Notes: generated by a model not told the origin, from the letters alone. DNA of 64,000 nt from Bacteroidota bacterium (GCA_043797815.1 JAZDPG010000027.1:29554-93553), one strand, 5' to 3'. Positions 43,485-54,234 are shown, counted from the first letter of the stretch. Made by a program: numbers and translations.

Positions 43485-45986
43485 CTATACCCCGGTCAAT
43501 GCCTTTTTACCGGGATCTTCTTCCTCCGGCTTTTTTTTCCGGTATTCCAGATAGAGTGCCCCGAGAAGGGCAAGGATCAGCAGGATGGAACTCACCAGAG
43601 ATACCGAAGTACCCGCATAGTAAGACCTGGGTCTGAATTCAAATACAATTTCATGATCCCCTTCCGGGACCACCATGCCCCGTAAAAGGTAATTCACCCG
43701 GAAATAGTCTGATTTCTCACCGTCCAGATAGGCTGTCCAGCCTTTGTCGTAATAGATCTCGGAAAAGACTGCAAACTGCTCCGTTGCTGACCGGCTGTGA
43801 TATACCATTTTGTTGGGCTGGTAATCAGTCAGACTGATAAGCGAAACCGAATCCGGGTCATATACGCGTTTTTCCAGATCACCCGAATAGCGCGCATCAA
43901 GTGTACAGCTGTTTTTGATATCCAGTTTGGCCAGTACGGCCATATCTTCATCGGCATTGGCCACCACTTCTACCCGGTCCACAAACCAGGCATTTCCGGC
44001 TGCGTAGGGATTTACAACCGGTTGGGTCTGGGGGTTGACAATGACAAAGCGGGTATTCAGCATATTCAGGGCAGAGGTTGTTGCAAGTGCAGAATAGACG
44101 GCTGACAGGTTCTGAGCCCGCAATCCCGCAATAAGTTCATTGATGTCCGTCATCAGGTTTGTCTCGATCAGGTCCTGGTACCGGCGCATCTTGGCTCCAT
44201 GATAACCGCCTATGGATGGATGGAAATAGGGGGTGGATGCATCCATAAACATGGATACAGTCAGGTTCAGGACCCTGTTGTTATACCCCGGCTGTTCCAT
44301 GATGTACTGATCGGCCGCCGTTGGAACAAAGGGTTGACTGGCCTGTTTTTTGTCGGAGAAATATTCCTTGTTGAGGTATCTTTTGTTCACAGGCCACATG
44401 TCCACCAAAAAGAGAATAGCCAGGGCGGCAATGGCCAGGGGTGCTTTCACCTTTTTCATGGAATAAAGCAGGATGACCCCGGCTGAAAGGCAAATAAGAA
44501 CAAGCGACCTGATGGCATCGGCCCTGAGCAGGCTCCTGCGGTCTGCCTGCAGCGCTTTGGCCAGTTCAGGCTGGTAACTGCCATCCCGCGCTGAAATGAA
44601 GTTCCCGGCCAGGTCCGGGAGAAGGGCGAACAGGAGAGCGATTCCACCCGCAATGCCCAGGGACCATTTCAGGGCAGTATAGAGTTTTTTCTTTTCGATA
44701 CTACCAAACAATATCTTCTGAAGGGCCAGGATGGCCAGTACAGGCATTGCAAATGCCGGGATCACCAGGGTCATGCTCACGGTTCTGAACTTATTGTAAC
44801 CCGGGATGTGGTCCATAAAGAATTCGGTAAGCGCCATGAAGTTCTTGCCCCAGGAGAGGGCAATGCCCAGGATGGTGGCAACCAGCAACCACCATTTTAT
44901 CCTGGGGTCGGCAACAAACATCCCCAGGACAAACAAAAAGACAATGATGGCACCCACATAAATATTCCCGGCTGTGGAAGCCTGTTCGCCCCAGTACAGG
45001 GGAAGGTGCCTGATCACCTCTTTGGCCTGGGCTGGGTTGCCGCGGGCAAACAATTCATAGGTATTGGATTTTTCCGACAGGGCCCCGTCATTGCTCCCTC
45101 CCTTGAAACCCGGTATCAGCAGTGAAAACGTCTCATCAATCCCATAGCTCCACTGGGTAGCATAAGATTTGGTCAGTCCGGTGGTCTTGTCATTCTCTTC
45201 CCCGGTGAGTTCGGAGGGATTTCTCATGGTATATTTTCCATATTCCAGGGTGGTCCATAACCTGGCTGAATTGGCTGCAATGCTGAATCCCACCGCAACA
45301 ATGAGGAATGCAACAGTAATCAGCAACTCTTTTATGGTTTTTTCCCTGAAGGCAAAATAGACCTGTGTCAAACCGAAAATAAGCACAATGATCAGGGTGT
45401 AATAGGTGATCTGAAGGTGGCCCGCCATGATCTGGAGCGCCAGGAAAATGGCTGTCAGTGCACTTCCGAGCAACCTTTTGCCCCGGAATGCAAGCAGTAT
45501 GCCTGCAATGACGGGAGCCATGTAACCAATGGCAATGGCTTTGGAAGTGTGACCGGCTGCAAGTATGACGAAATTGTAAGATGAAAAGGCAAACGCAATA
45601 GCCCCCGCAATGGCCAGCCACGGGTTGACCCGCAGGGAAAGCATGAGAATATAAAAACCGATCAGGTAAAGGAAGATGAAACTGACCGGCCGGGGGCCCA
45701 TCTGGAAGAGGTTGTCCAGGTATTTCAGTACATCCCCCTTGTACACCGTGCTGGTCAGGTAGCCGGGCATCCCTCCAAACATGTTGTTGGACCAGAGCGC
45801 CTCTTTTCCCGTTTCCTCCCTGAAATCAGCGAGCTCCCTTGCCATGCCTTTGAAATTGGCGTTGTCATTTCCGCCCAGCTGCTTTCCGTCCAGTACATCA
45901 GGGAAGTAGGCAAAAGCTATAATGAGAAAAGTTACGATGGCCACAAGGGTTGGCACCAGTCCGGGGAAGCTCTCTTTTACTTTCAT
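43485..45986 (-). CDS. YfhO-family polytopic membrane protein (putative glycosyl/glycopolymer transferase)
   Basis: The ORF is open to 46043, and the likely start is ATG 45986 (MKVKESFPGLVPTLVAIV..). It has more than 12 TM helices in the first ~550 aa, then a soluble domain and a final TM. Size and topology match the YfhO family as I remember it. Confidence 0.65.
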   Translation of the reverse strand: MKVKESFPGLVPTLVAIVTFLIIAFAYFPDVLDGKQLGGNDNANFKGMARELADFREETGKEALWSNNMFGGMPGYLTSTVYKGDVLKYLDNLFQMGPRPVSFIFLYLIGFYILMLSLRVNPWLAIAGAIAFAFSSYNFVILAAGHTSKAIAIGYMAPVIAGILLAFRGKRLLGSALTAIFLALQIMAGHLQITYYTLIIVLIFGLTQVYFAFREKTIKELLITVAFLIVAVGFSIAANSARLWTTLEYGKYTMRNPSELTGEENDKTTGLTKSYATQWSYGIDETFSLLIPGFKGGSNDGALSEKSNTYELFARGNPAQAKEVIRHLPLYWGEQASTAGNIYVGAIIVFLFVLGMFVADPRIKWWLLVATILGIALSWGKNFMALTEFFMDHIPGYNKFRTVSMTLVIPAFAMPVLAILALQKILFGSIEKKKLYTALKWSLGIAGGIALLFALLPDLAGNFISARDGSYQPELAKALQADRRSLLRADAIRSLVLICLSAGVILLYSMKKVKAPLAIAALAILFLVDMWPVNKRYLNKEYFSDKKQASQPFVPTAADQYIMEQPGYNNRVLNLTVSMFMDASTPYFHPSIGGYHGAKMRRYQDLIETNLMTDINELIAGLRAQNLSAVYSALATTSALNMLNTRFVIVNPQTQPVVNPYAAGNAWFVDRVEVVANADEDMAVLAKLDIKNSCTLDARYSGDLEKRVYDPDSVSLISLTDYQPNKMVYHSRSATEQFAVFSEIYYDKGWTAYLDGEKSDYFRVNYLLRGMVVPEGDHEIVFEFRPRSYYAGTSVSLVSSILLILALLGALYLEYRKKKPEEEDPGKKALTGV

Positions 45987-46134
45987 AAGTGGTTTTGTGA
46001 TACAATGATAATGAAATATTTCATGCGGAAAAACTGCCTTCACAGGGCCTGATTATCAAACCAAAAAACCATGCCCATATGGATTATTTCAATAAATTCG
46101 CGTATTCATCAACACAAGGCTGAGCAGTCATTCT

Positions 46135-47616
46135 ATGGGAAATGTGCTAAAACAAAGCAGACTAAACAGTTACATGATTGCAGTCGGGTTTGTGCTGGGT
46201 GGTATTTACTCGGTATTCATTGTCCCCAGGCTTTTTAATGACACTCCCGAAGTTTGGGGCCTTGTCCAGCTGCTCATGTATTATGCGCAGATCATCTCCC
46301 TGTTTGTTCTCTTCAGCCAGCCCTCGGTGATCATCAAGTACTATCCCGAATACAGGCGTACCCACAGAGAGAAAGAGTTGCTGGGATACTCTTTTGCCGT
46401 AACCATCCTGTTGTTTGTGGTGTTCGGGGTCCTCTGGTTTCTTTTTGGAAAGCACCTCTATTTTGAAGAGGATGCCACCCTGTATCGCTCCTATTACCTG
46501 GTCCTGGTTCCCCTCATGGCCGGCAATGTCATATTTGAAATGCTGGGGGCGTATGCCAGGATCAGGCAAAGGACGGTGCTGCACTTCTTTCTGGGGAATT
46601 CATTGCAGAAAGTGGTCTTCTTTATCGCTTTGACCCTGATGTTCTTTCTGGGGCTCTCCCTTGAGGTTCTGATTGCCCTGCTGGTTGCCATCTTTTTACT
46701 GAGACCGCTGATCATGTGGATGGATCTGTACAGGGCAGAGATGCTTCCCGGTCTGACACTGGCATCGTTCAGGGGACTGGATACAAGGAGGATCCTGGAT
46801 TATTCAGTATTCGGTCTCTTTGGTGGCATTGCATACATACTGATCATGCGGGTGGATTCCATCATGATCGGAAACCTGCTGGGACTTGATCAGCTGGCCT
46901 ATTATTCCATCCCGGTCTTTTTGATTTCCACCCTGGCGATTCCTGAAAAAGCACTGGCACAAATCTCCCTCCCTGTGATCTCCTCCCTGCACTCGGCAGA
47001 CGATTTCAGAGGCATTGAAACCATGTATAAAAAAGTATCCGTCAATCAGTTTGTACTCGGTTCCATCATTTTCCTGTTGATCTGGGTCAATATCTCCCTG
47101 TTGATGGAGATTCTGGGAGAGAAGTTTGGCAATACCGCATGGGCATTCTTTTTTCTTGGCATAGGCAAACTGATCGACCTGCTCACAAGTGCCAATGGCC
47201 AGATTCTGAATATTTCGGATAAATACAGGTACAACCTGATCCTTCAAATCCTCCTGATGGTGCTTGCAGTGGGTTTGAATTTCATACTGATTCCCACCCT
47301 CGGGCTGAATGGTGCGGCGCTGGCCACTGCAATCTCAATCATTGTCTATAACGTTCTGAAGACGGTTCTCATCTATCGGTGGTATCGCATTCATCCGTTT
47401 TCCTGGGGCCTTTTGAAAAGTATCGTTTTCTTTGTCTTGGTGGGAGTAATTCTATCAGTGATACCCATTGGCCACATCTACCTGGGTGCTGCCATCAAAA
47501 CCGGACTCTTCCTGGTTGCCGGCCTTCTTTTCATACTATACGGAGGTGCTTCTGAAGACCTGAAAGGCGAGGTGATCCGGATTTTTAAGAAATATCTAAA
47601 CTATGAAAGAGATTAG
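46135..47616 (+). CDS. polysaccharide biosynthesis flippase (Wzx/MOP superfamily)
   Basis: 493-aa ORF with about 12-14 TM helices. Its context among glycosyltransferase genes fits a flippase. Confidence 0.7.
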   Translation: MGNVLKQSRLNSYMIAVGFVLGGIYSVFIVPRLFNDTPEVWGLVQLLMYYAQIISLFVLFSQPSVIIKYYPEYRRTHREKELLGYSFAVTILLFVVFGVLWFLFGKHLYFEEDATLYRSYYLVLVPLMAGNVIFEMLGAYARIRQRTVLHFFLGNSLQKVVFFIALTLMFFLGLSLEVLIALLVAIFLLRPLIMWMDLYRAEMLPGLTLASFRGLDTRRILDYSVFGLFGGIAYILIMRVDSIMIGNLLGLDQLAYYSIPVFLISTLAIPEKALAQISLPVISSLHSADDFRGIETMYKKVSVNQFVLGSIIFLLIWVNISLLMEILGEKFGNTAWAFFFLGIGKLIDLLTSANGQILNISDKYRYNLILQILLMVLAVGLNFILIPTLGLNGAALATAISIIVYNVLKTVLIYRWYRIHPFSWGLLKSIVFFVLVGVILSVIPIGHIYLGAAIKTGLFLVAGLLFILYGGASEDLKGEVIRIFKKYLNYERD

Positions 47617-48634
47617 AATTGCTTTGGTAGGCGGCTTCGCGTCCACCAACATAGGCAATGATTTTTTCACCCAAAGCATCCGGCATGTTTTGTCAGAGAT
47701 CCTTCCCGGACAGCACATTATTGTGACACAAAACCTGCCCGGTTATTACTGGAAGGAGGGTGGGACCAACCCGGCAAACAGCTTCAATTATATCAAATGC
47801 CTGGAACTGGATTTCCTGGTCCTCACCGGCCCCCTGTTTGATGCGAGCTTTCCGTTGCTCTGGGAGGATACGATTTCCGCACTAAAGAAGAAGGGCACCG
47901 AAATCATACTTTTCAGCGCGGGGAGCCAGAGGTATGATGAAGCCGAGCGCCGGGTGGTGGGCGAATTTCTGAAGAAAATCAAACCCTATGCCCTGGTAAC
48001 CAGGGATACGCCTACCTACGAGGCATTCAGGGAGTATGCGCAGATGAGTTATGATGGAATTGATTTTGCTTTTTTTCTCAATGACCTCTTCACCCCGTAT
48101 CCCCTGGATGTGGAGAAATTTGTGGTTCTGAACTTTGATACAGGTCCCGAACCGCGGTTTGGCCGTGAATCACAGTATGAAAACGGATTTACCTTTCTGG
48201 GGAACCGGATGAGCTACAGGCTTCAGCACCCCGGCAAAATGAGGAAGCGGGTTTACAAGCACCTTCCCGGCCTGTCGGGATACCACAATTCTTCCTTCGG
48301 CAATTATACCATCATCCGGCCGGTCAACTATATCAACCCGGGGAACAGGAAAGGATTTTTCAGGGTTCCGAATACCTATGTATCTGAACTGGCTTTCGAT
48401 TATCTGAATCTTTTTGCCCATGCCCAGGGCGTACTCACTTCCAGGGTCCATACCTGCATCGCTTCCCTGGTTTTCGGGAAAGAGGTGATGCTGTTCAGCC
48501 CTACCTTGCGCAGACAGCTGTTCGGCCGTGTGGGACTGGAAGACATCACCCTTAGGCCGGTTACACTGGATCCGGATTACCTTCGGGATGAGAAGGAAAA
48601 GATGCTTGTGTTCATCAAAGGAATATTTACCTGA
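47603..48634 (+). CDS. polysaccharide pyruvyl transferase-family protein
   Basis: 343-aa ORF overlapping the flippase gene by 14 nt. It has the N-terminal ..GGFASTNIGNDFF.. and C-terminal ..LTSRVHTCIASLVFGKEVMLF.. patterns of PS_pyruv_trans. Confidence 0.5.
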   Translation: MKEIRIALVGGFASTNIGNDFFTQSIRHVLSEILPGQHIIVTQNLPGYYWKEGGTNPANSFNYIKCLELDFLVLTGPLFDASFPLLWEDTISALKKKGTEIILFSAGSQRYDEAERRVVGEFLKKIKPYALVTRDTPTYEAFREYAQMSYDGIDFAFFLNDLFTPYPLDVEKFVVLNFDTGPEPRFGRESQYENGFTFLGNRMSYRLQHPGKMRKRVYKHLPGLSGYHNSSFGNYTIIRPVNYINPGNRKGFFRVPNTYVSELAFDYLNLFAHAQGVLTSRVHTCIASLVFGKEVMLFSPTLRRQLFGRVGLEDITLRPVTLDPDYLRDEKEKMLVFIKGIFT

Positions 48635-49259
48635 ACCGTCCCCTGACACCATATTCAAGGTAACGCATATCGGAGATAAAACCCAGGGAAAGGATGTTGG
48701 CAAGGTTAAACAGGATGGTGTTTGTGCGCGTGATACCCCTGATGATTTCGATTTCGATTTCTGAATTTTCCAGCATTCTGATGAGGCTCTTCTTTGTGAA
48801 AAACCGGAGATGGGTGTTGTCAAGGATTCCGGAATCTCCGTATTTCCAGTCTTTCCCAACAAAGTAGTGGATGAAGTGTCCCCAGGATCTCACATTGGGT
48901 ACCGAGCAGGTGATGTGGGCGTCTTTGGCCAGAATTTTTCTGACCTTCTTTAAAAACAGATCCGGGTAGGGCAGGTGTTCCAGGATGTCATTGCAAATCA
49001 GGCAATCGAAATGGTTCTCTGGCAGGTCATTCAACACTTCCATGGCATCCCCCACCATCACTTTATCCAGTCTCTTCCCGGCCTCTTCTGCTGCCTCCCG
49101 GTTGAAGTCCACTCCCCATGCTTCCGTATTGTACTTCTCTTTTACGAGGGCCGAAAAAACGCCGGCACTGCAGCCAAATTCAATGGTTCTTGCTGGATTC
49201 GCAGGAAGGAACGCCAGCATATCCCGGCGTTCGTTGGTATAGTAATTATTTAAATTCAT
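48627..49259 (-). CDS. class I SAM-dependent methyltransferase
   Basis: 210-aa ORF with ..IEFGCSAGVFS.. (motif I) and ..FDCLICNDILEHLPYP.. (motif II/III). Confidence 0.8.
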   Translation of the reverse strand: MNLNNYYTNERRDMLAFLPANPARTIEFGCSAGVFSALVKEKYNTEAWGVDFNREAAEEAGKRLDKVMVGDAMEVLNDLPENHFDCLICNDILEHLPYPDLFLKKVRKILAKDAHITCSVPNVRSWGHFIHYFVGKDWKYGDSGILDNTHLRFFTKKSLIRMLENSEIEIEIIRGITRTNTILFNLANILSLGFISDMRYLEYGVRGRFR

Positions 49260-49275
49260 GCAGGCGCTTTCCTTG

Positions 49276-50208
49276 TTAAACCCGTTTATAGAACAATCTG
49301 ATGATGACCCTGTACAGAGAGAAGATAAGCCTGCATCTCAGCGCCAGGGTTTTGATCCGGCCCAGATGAAGGTATTCTTCCGACAGCATCTTTTGATCAG
49401 CGAATGTTCCGCAATCCAGTATGGCATAGAACAATTTGGTATTGTATTTGGTTTGGATGAACTCCGGATTTAATCCGGCCACAGGGTACTTTTTGCTGTA
49501 GAATTCCAGAATGGACCGGTTGGATGCTTCAAACTGTCTGCGCTTTTCGAAGGAGCGGTTGTTGCTGATGGATCCGGCTGTTATCCTGTATGTTGCCAGG
49601 GGAAGATTCAGGAAACCCATCCTGGTATGCTGGGCGAATTCAAGCCAGAGGGGATAATCCATGGTCCTGAAGCCAAGAGATTCGAATCTCTCCAGGTCGG
49701 CGAATTGCAGTAAATCTCTTCTGAAGCAGGCCGTTACAGCGGCGATTCTGTTGCTTTTGATCAGGTCTCCGTAGCTCAGCTCCTGCGGGATCCCGGCTTC
49801 CCTGTGGATCAGCTTTCTTCTGCCATTCTCAAAGAGAAAATAGCCGTTGCTGTGCAGGAATCCGCATTCGGGATGAGCCTCCAGGAAGGAGATCTGTTCG
49901 GCGAGTTTATTCTCTTCCCAGTAATCATCTCCCTCAAGGATGGCGATGTACCTGCCCCTGGAAGCTGAAAAGAGGGAGCGGTAGTTTTGAATCAGTCCGA
50001 TGTTTTGGTCGTGGGATATCAGCCTGATTTTCGGATGATCTGCATATCGCCGGCAGATCTCCCCGGTATGATCGGTAGAACAATCGTCCCCGATAATGAT
50101 TTCATAGTCTTGTTCAAATGTCTGATGGATAGCACTTTCCAGCGATTGGGCGATATACTGCCCGTGATTGTAAGCAGGAACAATGACTGAAACGACCATC
50201 TTTTCCAT
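49276..50208 (-). CDS. family 2 glycosyltransferase
   Basis: The ORF is open to 50376, and the likely start is ATG 50208 (MEKMVVSVIVPAYNHGQYI..). It contains ..IIIGDDCSTD.. and ..ILEGDDYW.. (DxD), the GT2 motifs. Confidence 0.85.
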   Translation of the reverse strand: MEKMVVSVIVPAYNHGQYIAQSLESAIHQTFEQDYEIIIGDDCSTDHTGEICRRYADHPKIRLISHDQNIGLIQNYRSLFSASRGRYIAILEGDDYWEENKLAEQISFLEAHPECGFLHSNGYFLFENGRRKLIHREAGIPQELSYGDLIKSNRIAAVTACFRRDLLQFADLERFESLGFRTMDYPLWLEFAQHTRMGFLNLPLATYRITAGSISNNRSFEKRRQFEASNRSILEFYSKKYPVAGLNPEFIQTKYNTKLFYAILDCGTFADQKMLSEEYLHLGRIKTLALRCRLIFSLYRVIIRLFYKRV

Positions 50209-50325
50209 ACAATCCCAAAGATAATGAATTACGCGATCGTATCCCCGAAGTTGTACTTCGGGGAGATACCATTGCAGACACGCTGGTTTTTTAATTAAAT
50301 TGCTGATCAATATCAACGCCCTTCC

Positions 50326-51327
50326 ATGAAGTCTGATCGTCCTTGCATACTGTTCATTTACAAAGACTTCTCTCACTTTGTCAAAAAGGATTATGAATCC
50401 CTGGGACGTTCTTTCCGGGTGATCCGGATCAGGAGCCCGTTCGGAAAATCAGGAATTGACTTCTTTTTTGCCGGGGCGAAACAGTTTTTCCTGCTGGCCC
50501 GCCATATCTGGAAATGTGATGCGCTGTTCTGCTGGTTTGCAGATTATCACTCATTGCTTCCGGCCCTGTTCAGCAGGCTCAGTTCAAAACCCCTGTTTCT
50601 GGTTCTGGGCGGTTACGATGTAAGCTATGTGGAATCGTTGAACTATGGTTCATTCAACAGGAAATTCAGGGGATTCTGCGCCAGGTATTCCATGCGCCAC
50701 GCCCGGATGAACCTTCCGGTGGCTGAGGCACTTGGAATAGAGGCGAGGAAGAGGGCAGGGGATATTCCTGTGACCGTCCTGCCCACAGGTTATGATCCGG
50801 CATTGTACCTGCCGGGTGAAGCAAAGGAGGAGATGGTCCTTACGGTCAGCATCACCGACTCCGGACAGCGCTATTTGCTGAAAGGAATTGACCGGTTTGT
50901 GGAACTGGCCGGATGGTTGCCGGAAATGCGCTTCGTGGTGATCGGGATTGAGCCGGGAGTGGAAAACAGGATCGGCCCCATACCCGGAAACCTGCTGGTC
51001 CTGCCACCCCTGGATCATGCCGATCTGTTGGGATGGTACGGGAAGGCCAGGTATTATGCCCAGTTCTCACGAAGTGAAGGATTACCGAATGCCGTCTGTG
51101 AAGCCATGCTCAGGAATTGTATTCCGCTGGGCATCAGGGTAGGGGGTATTCCCGAGGCCATGGGATCCGTAGGCATAATGCTGGATGCATGGGATGCTGA
51201 ACAAATGGCAGAAAAGGTAAGGTCACTCCCGGATGCGGCATCTCATTCCCGGTTGGCACGGGAGCATATCCTCCGGCATTTTCAGATTGATCAAAGAGAA
51301 AAAGCGATTGAGAAACTGATCAGGTGA
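50326..51327 (+). CDS. GT-B fold glycosyltransferase (family 4/1-like)
   Basis: 333-aa ORF. ..SRSEGLPNAVCEAMLRNCIPLG.. is the EX7E-type GT4 C-terminal motif. Confidence 0.8.
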   Translation: MKSDRPCILFIYKDFSHFVKKDYESLGRSFRVIRIRSPFGKSGIDFFFAGAKQFFLLARHIWKCDALFCWFADYHSLLPALFSRLSSKPLFLVLGGYDVSYVESLNYGSFNRKFRGFCARYSMRHARMNLPVAEALGIEARKRAGDIPVTVLPTGYDPALYLPGEAKEEMVLTVSITDSGQRYLLKGIDRFVELAGWLPEMRFVVIGIEPGVENRIGPIPGNLLVLPPLDHADLLGWYGKARYYAQFSRSEGLPNAVCEAMLRNCIPLGIRVGGIPEAMGSVGIMLDAWDAEQMAEKVRSLPDAASHSRLAREHILRHFQIDQREKAIEKLIR

Positions 51328-52630
51328 GTTTCGCAAGCTGATCAGCCAGTGTGGATGCCAGGTGTTTCCGGGTGTACCTGTCAATTTCCCTGGGGGTGAT
51401 GGTCAGTTTGCCTTCCTTTTGCCATTGTATCCACTGCAGGAGCAACGATTTCAAAGCTCCCTGATCTTCGAACCCGATCATTTCACCTGAATGGCACGTT
51501 TTCAGAATGTGGGCCGCATCCCCGTCGACCGGGCCGATCCCAACGATGGGCCTTGCTGCCGCCAGGTATTCGAAGAGTTTCCCGGTTTGGATCGATTTGG
51601 AATTCGGCGTGTTGTTTACAGGCAGGTAGAGGGCCGAAGCCGAACACAGAAGCGGGATGATCTTTTGGTGGGGCAGATAATCAACCATCTCCACCCGCCC
51701 TTCCAGTCCATGCTTTGCGATGCTTTCGCGGACCGACACATCCAGTTTGCCGACCAGCATGATCTTCAAACCGGCCATGGGCTCCGGATACTCGCTGACC
51801 AATTCGGAAATAACTTTCCAGAACGATTCGTGATTCCGGTCCTTGTTCATGGCACCCACATGGACGATCCGGAATTCACCTCCGGGCCCGGGATCCCCCT
51901 TCCCGGCTGCTACGGGGTCAAAATCAGTGTGATCATAGCCGTTGGGCACAACAAAAGGGATTACGCCATGAACCTGCCTGAACCTGTCAGCCATGGTTTT
52001 TCCAACCACCACCACCTGGTCAGCTCCGGTCACCACATCCCTCTCCAGTGTTTTGTGCCGCCGGTCTGATCGCTTTGTTAGCCTGAGTTGATCGTAGAAA
52101 TCAATTTCAGTCCAGGGATCCCTGAAATCCGCTATCCACGGGATACCAAGTTTTCGCTTCAGCCCGAGTGCAATCAGGTGCATGCTGTGCGGCGGCCCGG
52201 AAGAAACGACGGCATCCACCGGGTGTTCTTTCAGATACCGGATCAGAAACCGGACAGAGGGACGAATCCAGAATTTCCTGGCATCGGGAATAAACAGGTT
52301 CCCTCTGATCCAGACGGAGATGCCCTCTTTTTTCCTGGGTTGTGCACGCTCCTTGAGAAATCCTGCATTGATCCGCTGGCCGGAATTCATTCCCACAAAC
52401 TTCTTATACAGCGCGTAAGGTTCCCGGATCGGCTTCCGTATCACTTCAATATCAGGATGAATGTCTTTCACAAGGGAAGGATCATCCACCGGTGCTTCGG
52501 GATTTTCCGGAGTATAAACAATGGGCTGCCAGCCAAATTCAGGAAGGTACTTGGTGAATTTCAGCCAACGCTGTACCCCGGCTCCTCCGCTGGGCGGCCA
52601 ATAATAGGTTATGACCAGTACCTTTTTCAC
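51320..52630 (-). CDS. GT-B fold glycosyltransferase (family 4-like)
   Basis: 436-aa ORF with a GTG start 1 nt after the glyQS stop. The N-terminus is MKKVLVITYYWPPSGGAGVQRWLKF.. and the C-terminal ..KLFEYLAAARPIVG.. is a GT-B nucleotide-sugar motif. Confidence 0.75.
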   Translation of the reverse strand: MKKVLVITYYWPPSGGAGVQRWLKFTKYLPEFGWQPIVYTPENPEAPVDDPSLVKDIHPDIEVIRKPIREPYALYKKFVGMNSGQRINAGFLKERAQPRKKEGISVWIRGNLFIPDARKFWIRPSVRFLIRYLKEHPVDAVVSSGPPHSMHLIALGLKRKLGIPWIADFRDPWTEIDFYDQLRLTKRSDRRHKTLERDVVTGADQVVVVGKTMADRFRQVHGVIPFVVPNGYDHTDFDPVAAGKGDPGPGGEFRIVHVGAMNKDRNHESFWKVISELVSEYPEPMAGLKIMLVGKLDVSVRESIAKHGLEGRVEMVDYLPHQKIIPLLCSASALYLPVNNTPNSKSIQTGKLFEYLAAARPIVGIGPVDGDAAHILKTCHSGEMIGFEDQGALKSLLLQWIQWQKEGKLTITPREIDRYTRKHLASTLADQLAKLT

Positions 52631-52631
52631 C

Positions 52632-54182
52632 CTAGAGCTGTTTCAGCAGGTTGCTGAGGTCCACTTTCGCTTTGATGATTTCCAGCAGGGAACCGACCGC
52701 CACACGTTCCTGCTCCATGGTATCCCTGTAGCGGATGGTTACCGTATCATCCTCCAGGGTCTGGTGGTCGATGGTGATACAATAGGGTGTGCCGATGGCA
52801 TCCTGCCTGCGGTACCTTTTTCCTATGGAATCCTTCTCTTCGTACTGGCAGTTTAAATCGAATTTCAACAGATCAATGATCGTCCGGGCTTTTTCCGGCA
52901 GCCCGTCTTTTTTGGTGAGCGGAAATACAGCCAGCTTAACGGGAGCGAGGACCGGTGGCAGCTTAAGAACCACGCGCATATCGGTGGATCCGTCCTCCTT
53001 TGTAAGGGTTTCCTCACAATAGGCCGCAGAGATAATCTGCAGAAACATCCGGTCCACCCCGATGGAAGTTTCAACCACAAAGGGCACATAATTTTTATTG
53101 GTCTCCGGATCGAAGTACTGCATCTTTTTACCGGAGTATTCCTGGTGACTTCCCAGGTCGAAATCGGTCCGTGAATGAATGCCTTCAACCTCTTTGAATC
53201 CAAAGGGGAACAGGAATTCGATATCGGTGGCCGCATTGGCGTAATGGGCCAGCTTGTCATGGTCATGAAAACGGTAGTTATGGTCTCCGAAGCCCAGGGA
53301 GCGGTGCCATTTCATCCGTGCATTCTTCCATATTTCGAACCATTCCAGTTCTGTTCCGGGCGGCACAAAGAACTGCATCTCCATCTGCTCGAATTCACGC
53401 ATTCTGAAAATGAATTGCCTGGCCACGATCTCATTCCTGAAGGCCTTCCCGATCTGGGCAATCCCAAAGGGGATCTTCATGCGACCCGATTTCTGGACAT
53501 TCAGGAAGTTTACAAAGATTCCCTGGGCGGTTTCGGGCCTCAGGTATATTTTGTTTGCGCCCTCTGATGTGGAACCCATTTCGGTGGAGAACATCAGGTT
53601 GAACTGCCGGACTTCGGTCCAGTTCCTGGAACCGGAGAGCGGGCAAACAATCTCCTCATCGATGATGATCTGCCTGAGTTCATCCAGGTCCGTTTCGGCC
53701 AGTGCTTTGACAAATCGCTTGTGCAGCGCGTCCAGTTTCTCCTTGTTGGCCAGAACCCTGGGATTGGTACTGGTGAACTGGGACTCATCAAAAGCCTCCC
53801 CAAACCTGTTTCTGGCCTTCTCAAGCTCTTTGGCGGTCTTGTCCTCGTACCGGGCCATCTGCTCTTCAATCAGCACATCGGCCCTGTACCGCTTTTTTGA
53901 ATCCTTGTTATCGATCAGGGGATCGTTGAATGCATCCACATGGCCCGAGGCTTTCCATACGGTTGGGTCCATAAAAATGGCAGAATCAAGCCCCACCACG
54001 TTTTCATGCAGAAGGACCATTGCATCCCACCAGTATTTCTTGATGTTGTTTTTAAGTTCAACCCCGTACTGACCGTAATCATACACCGCCGCCAATCCGT
54101 CGTATATTTCACTGGATGGGAAAACATATCCGTATTCCTTACAATGTGCAACCAGTTTTTTAAATAGATCCTCCTGTGCCAT
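52632..54182 (-). CDS. glyQS: glycine--tRNA ligase (homodimeric class II type)
   Basis: 516-aa ORF starting MAQEDLFKKLVAHCKEYGYVFPSSEIYDGLAAVYDYGQYGVELKNNIK.. with ..FRNEI.AR.FIFR.REFEQMEMQFF.. class II motifs. Confidence 0.95.
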   Translation of the reverse strand: MAQEDLFKKLVAHCKEYGYVFPSSEIYDGLAAVYDYGQYGVELKNNIKKYWWDAMVLLHENVVGLDSAIFMDPTVWKASGHVDAFNDPLIDNKDSKKRYRADVLIEEQMARYEDKTAKELEKARNRFGEAFDESQFTSTNPRVLANKEKLDALHKRFVKALAETDLDELRQIIIDEEIVCPLSGSRNWTEVRQFNLMFSTEMGSTSEGANKIYLRPETAQGIFVNFLNVQKSGRMKIPFGIAQIGKAFRNEIVARQFIFRMREFEQMEMQFFVPPGTELEWFEIWKNARMKWHRSLGFGDHNYRFHDHDKLAHYANAATDIEFLFPFGFKEVEGIHSRTDFDLGSHQEYSGKKMQYFDPETNKNYVPFVVETSIGVDRMFLQIISAAYCEETLTKEDGSTDMRVVLKLPPVLAPVKLAVFPLTKKDGLPEKARTIIDLLKFDLNCQYEEKDSIGKRYRRQDAIGTPYCITIDHQTLEDDTVTIRYRDTMEQERVAVGSLLEIIKAKVDLSNLLKQL

Positions 54183-54226
54183 ATTAATTCGTCTTGTTTA
54201 CCTGGTAAATGAAATTTACAGAACCA

Positions 54227-54234
54227 CAAAAGTA
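54227..54234 (-). promoter_or_regulatory. putative -7 promoter box (TACTTTTG) for glyQS
   Basis: The minus strand matches TAnnTTTG 44 nt upstream of the glyQS ATG. The predicted 5' UTR contains the palindrome TTTACC-N-GGTAAA (54197-54209). Confidence 0.35.
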
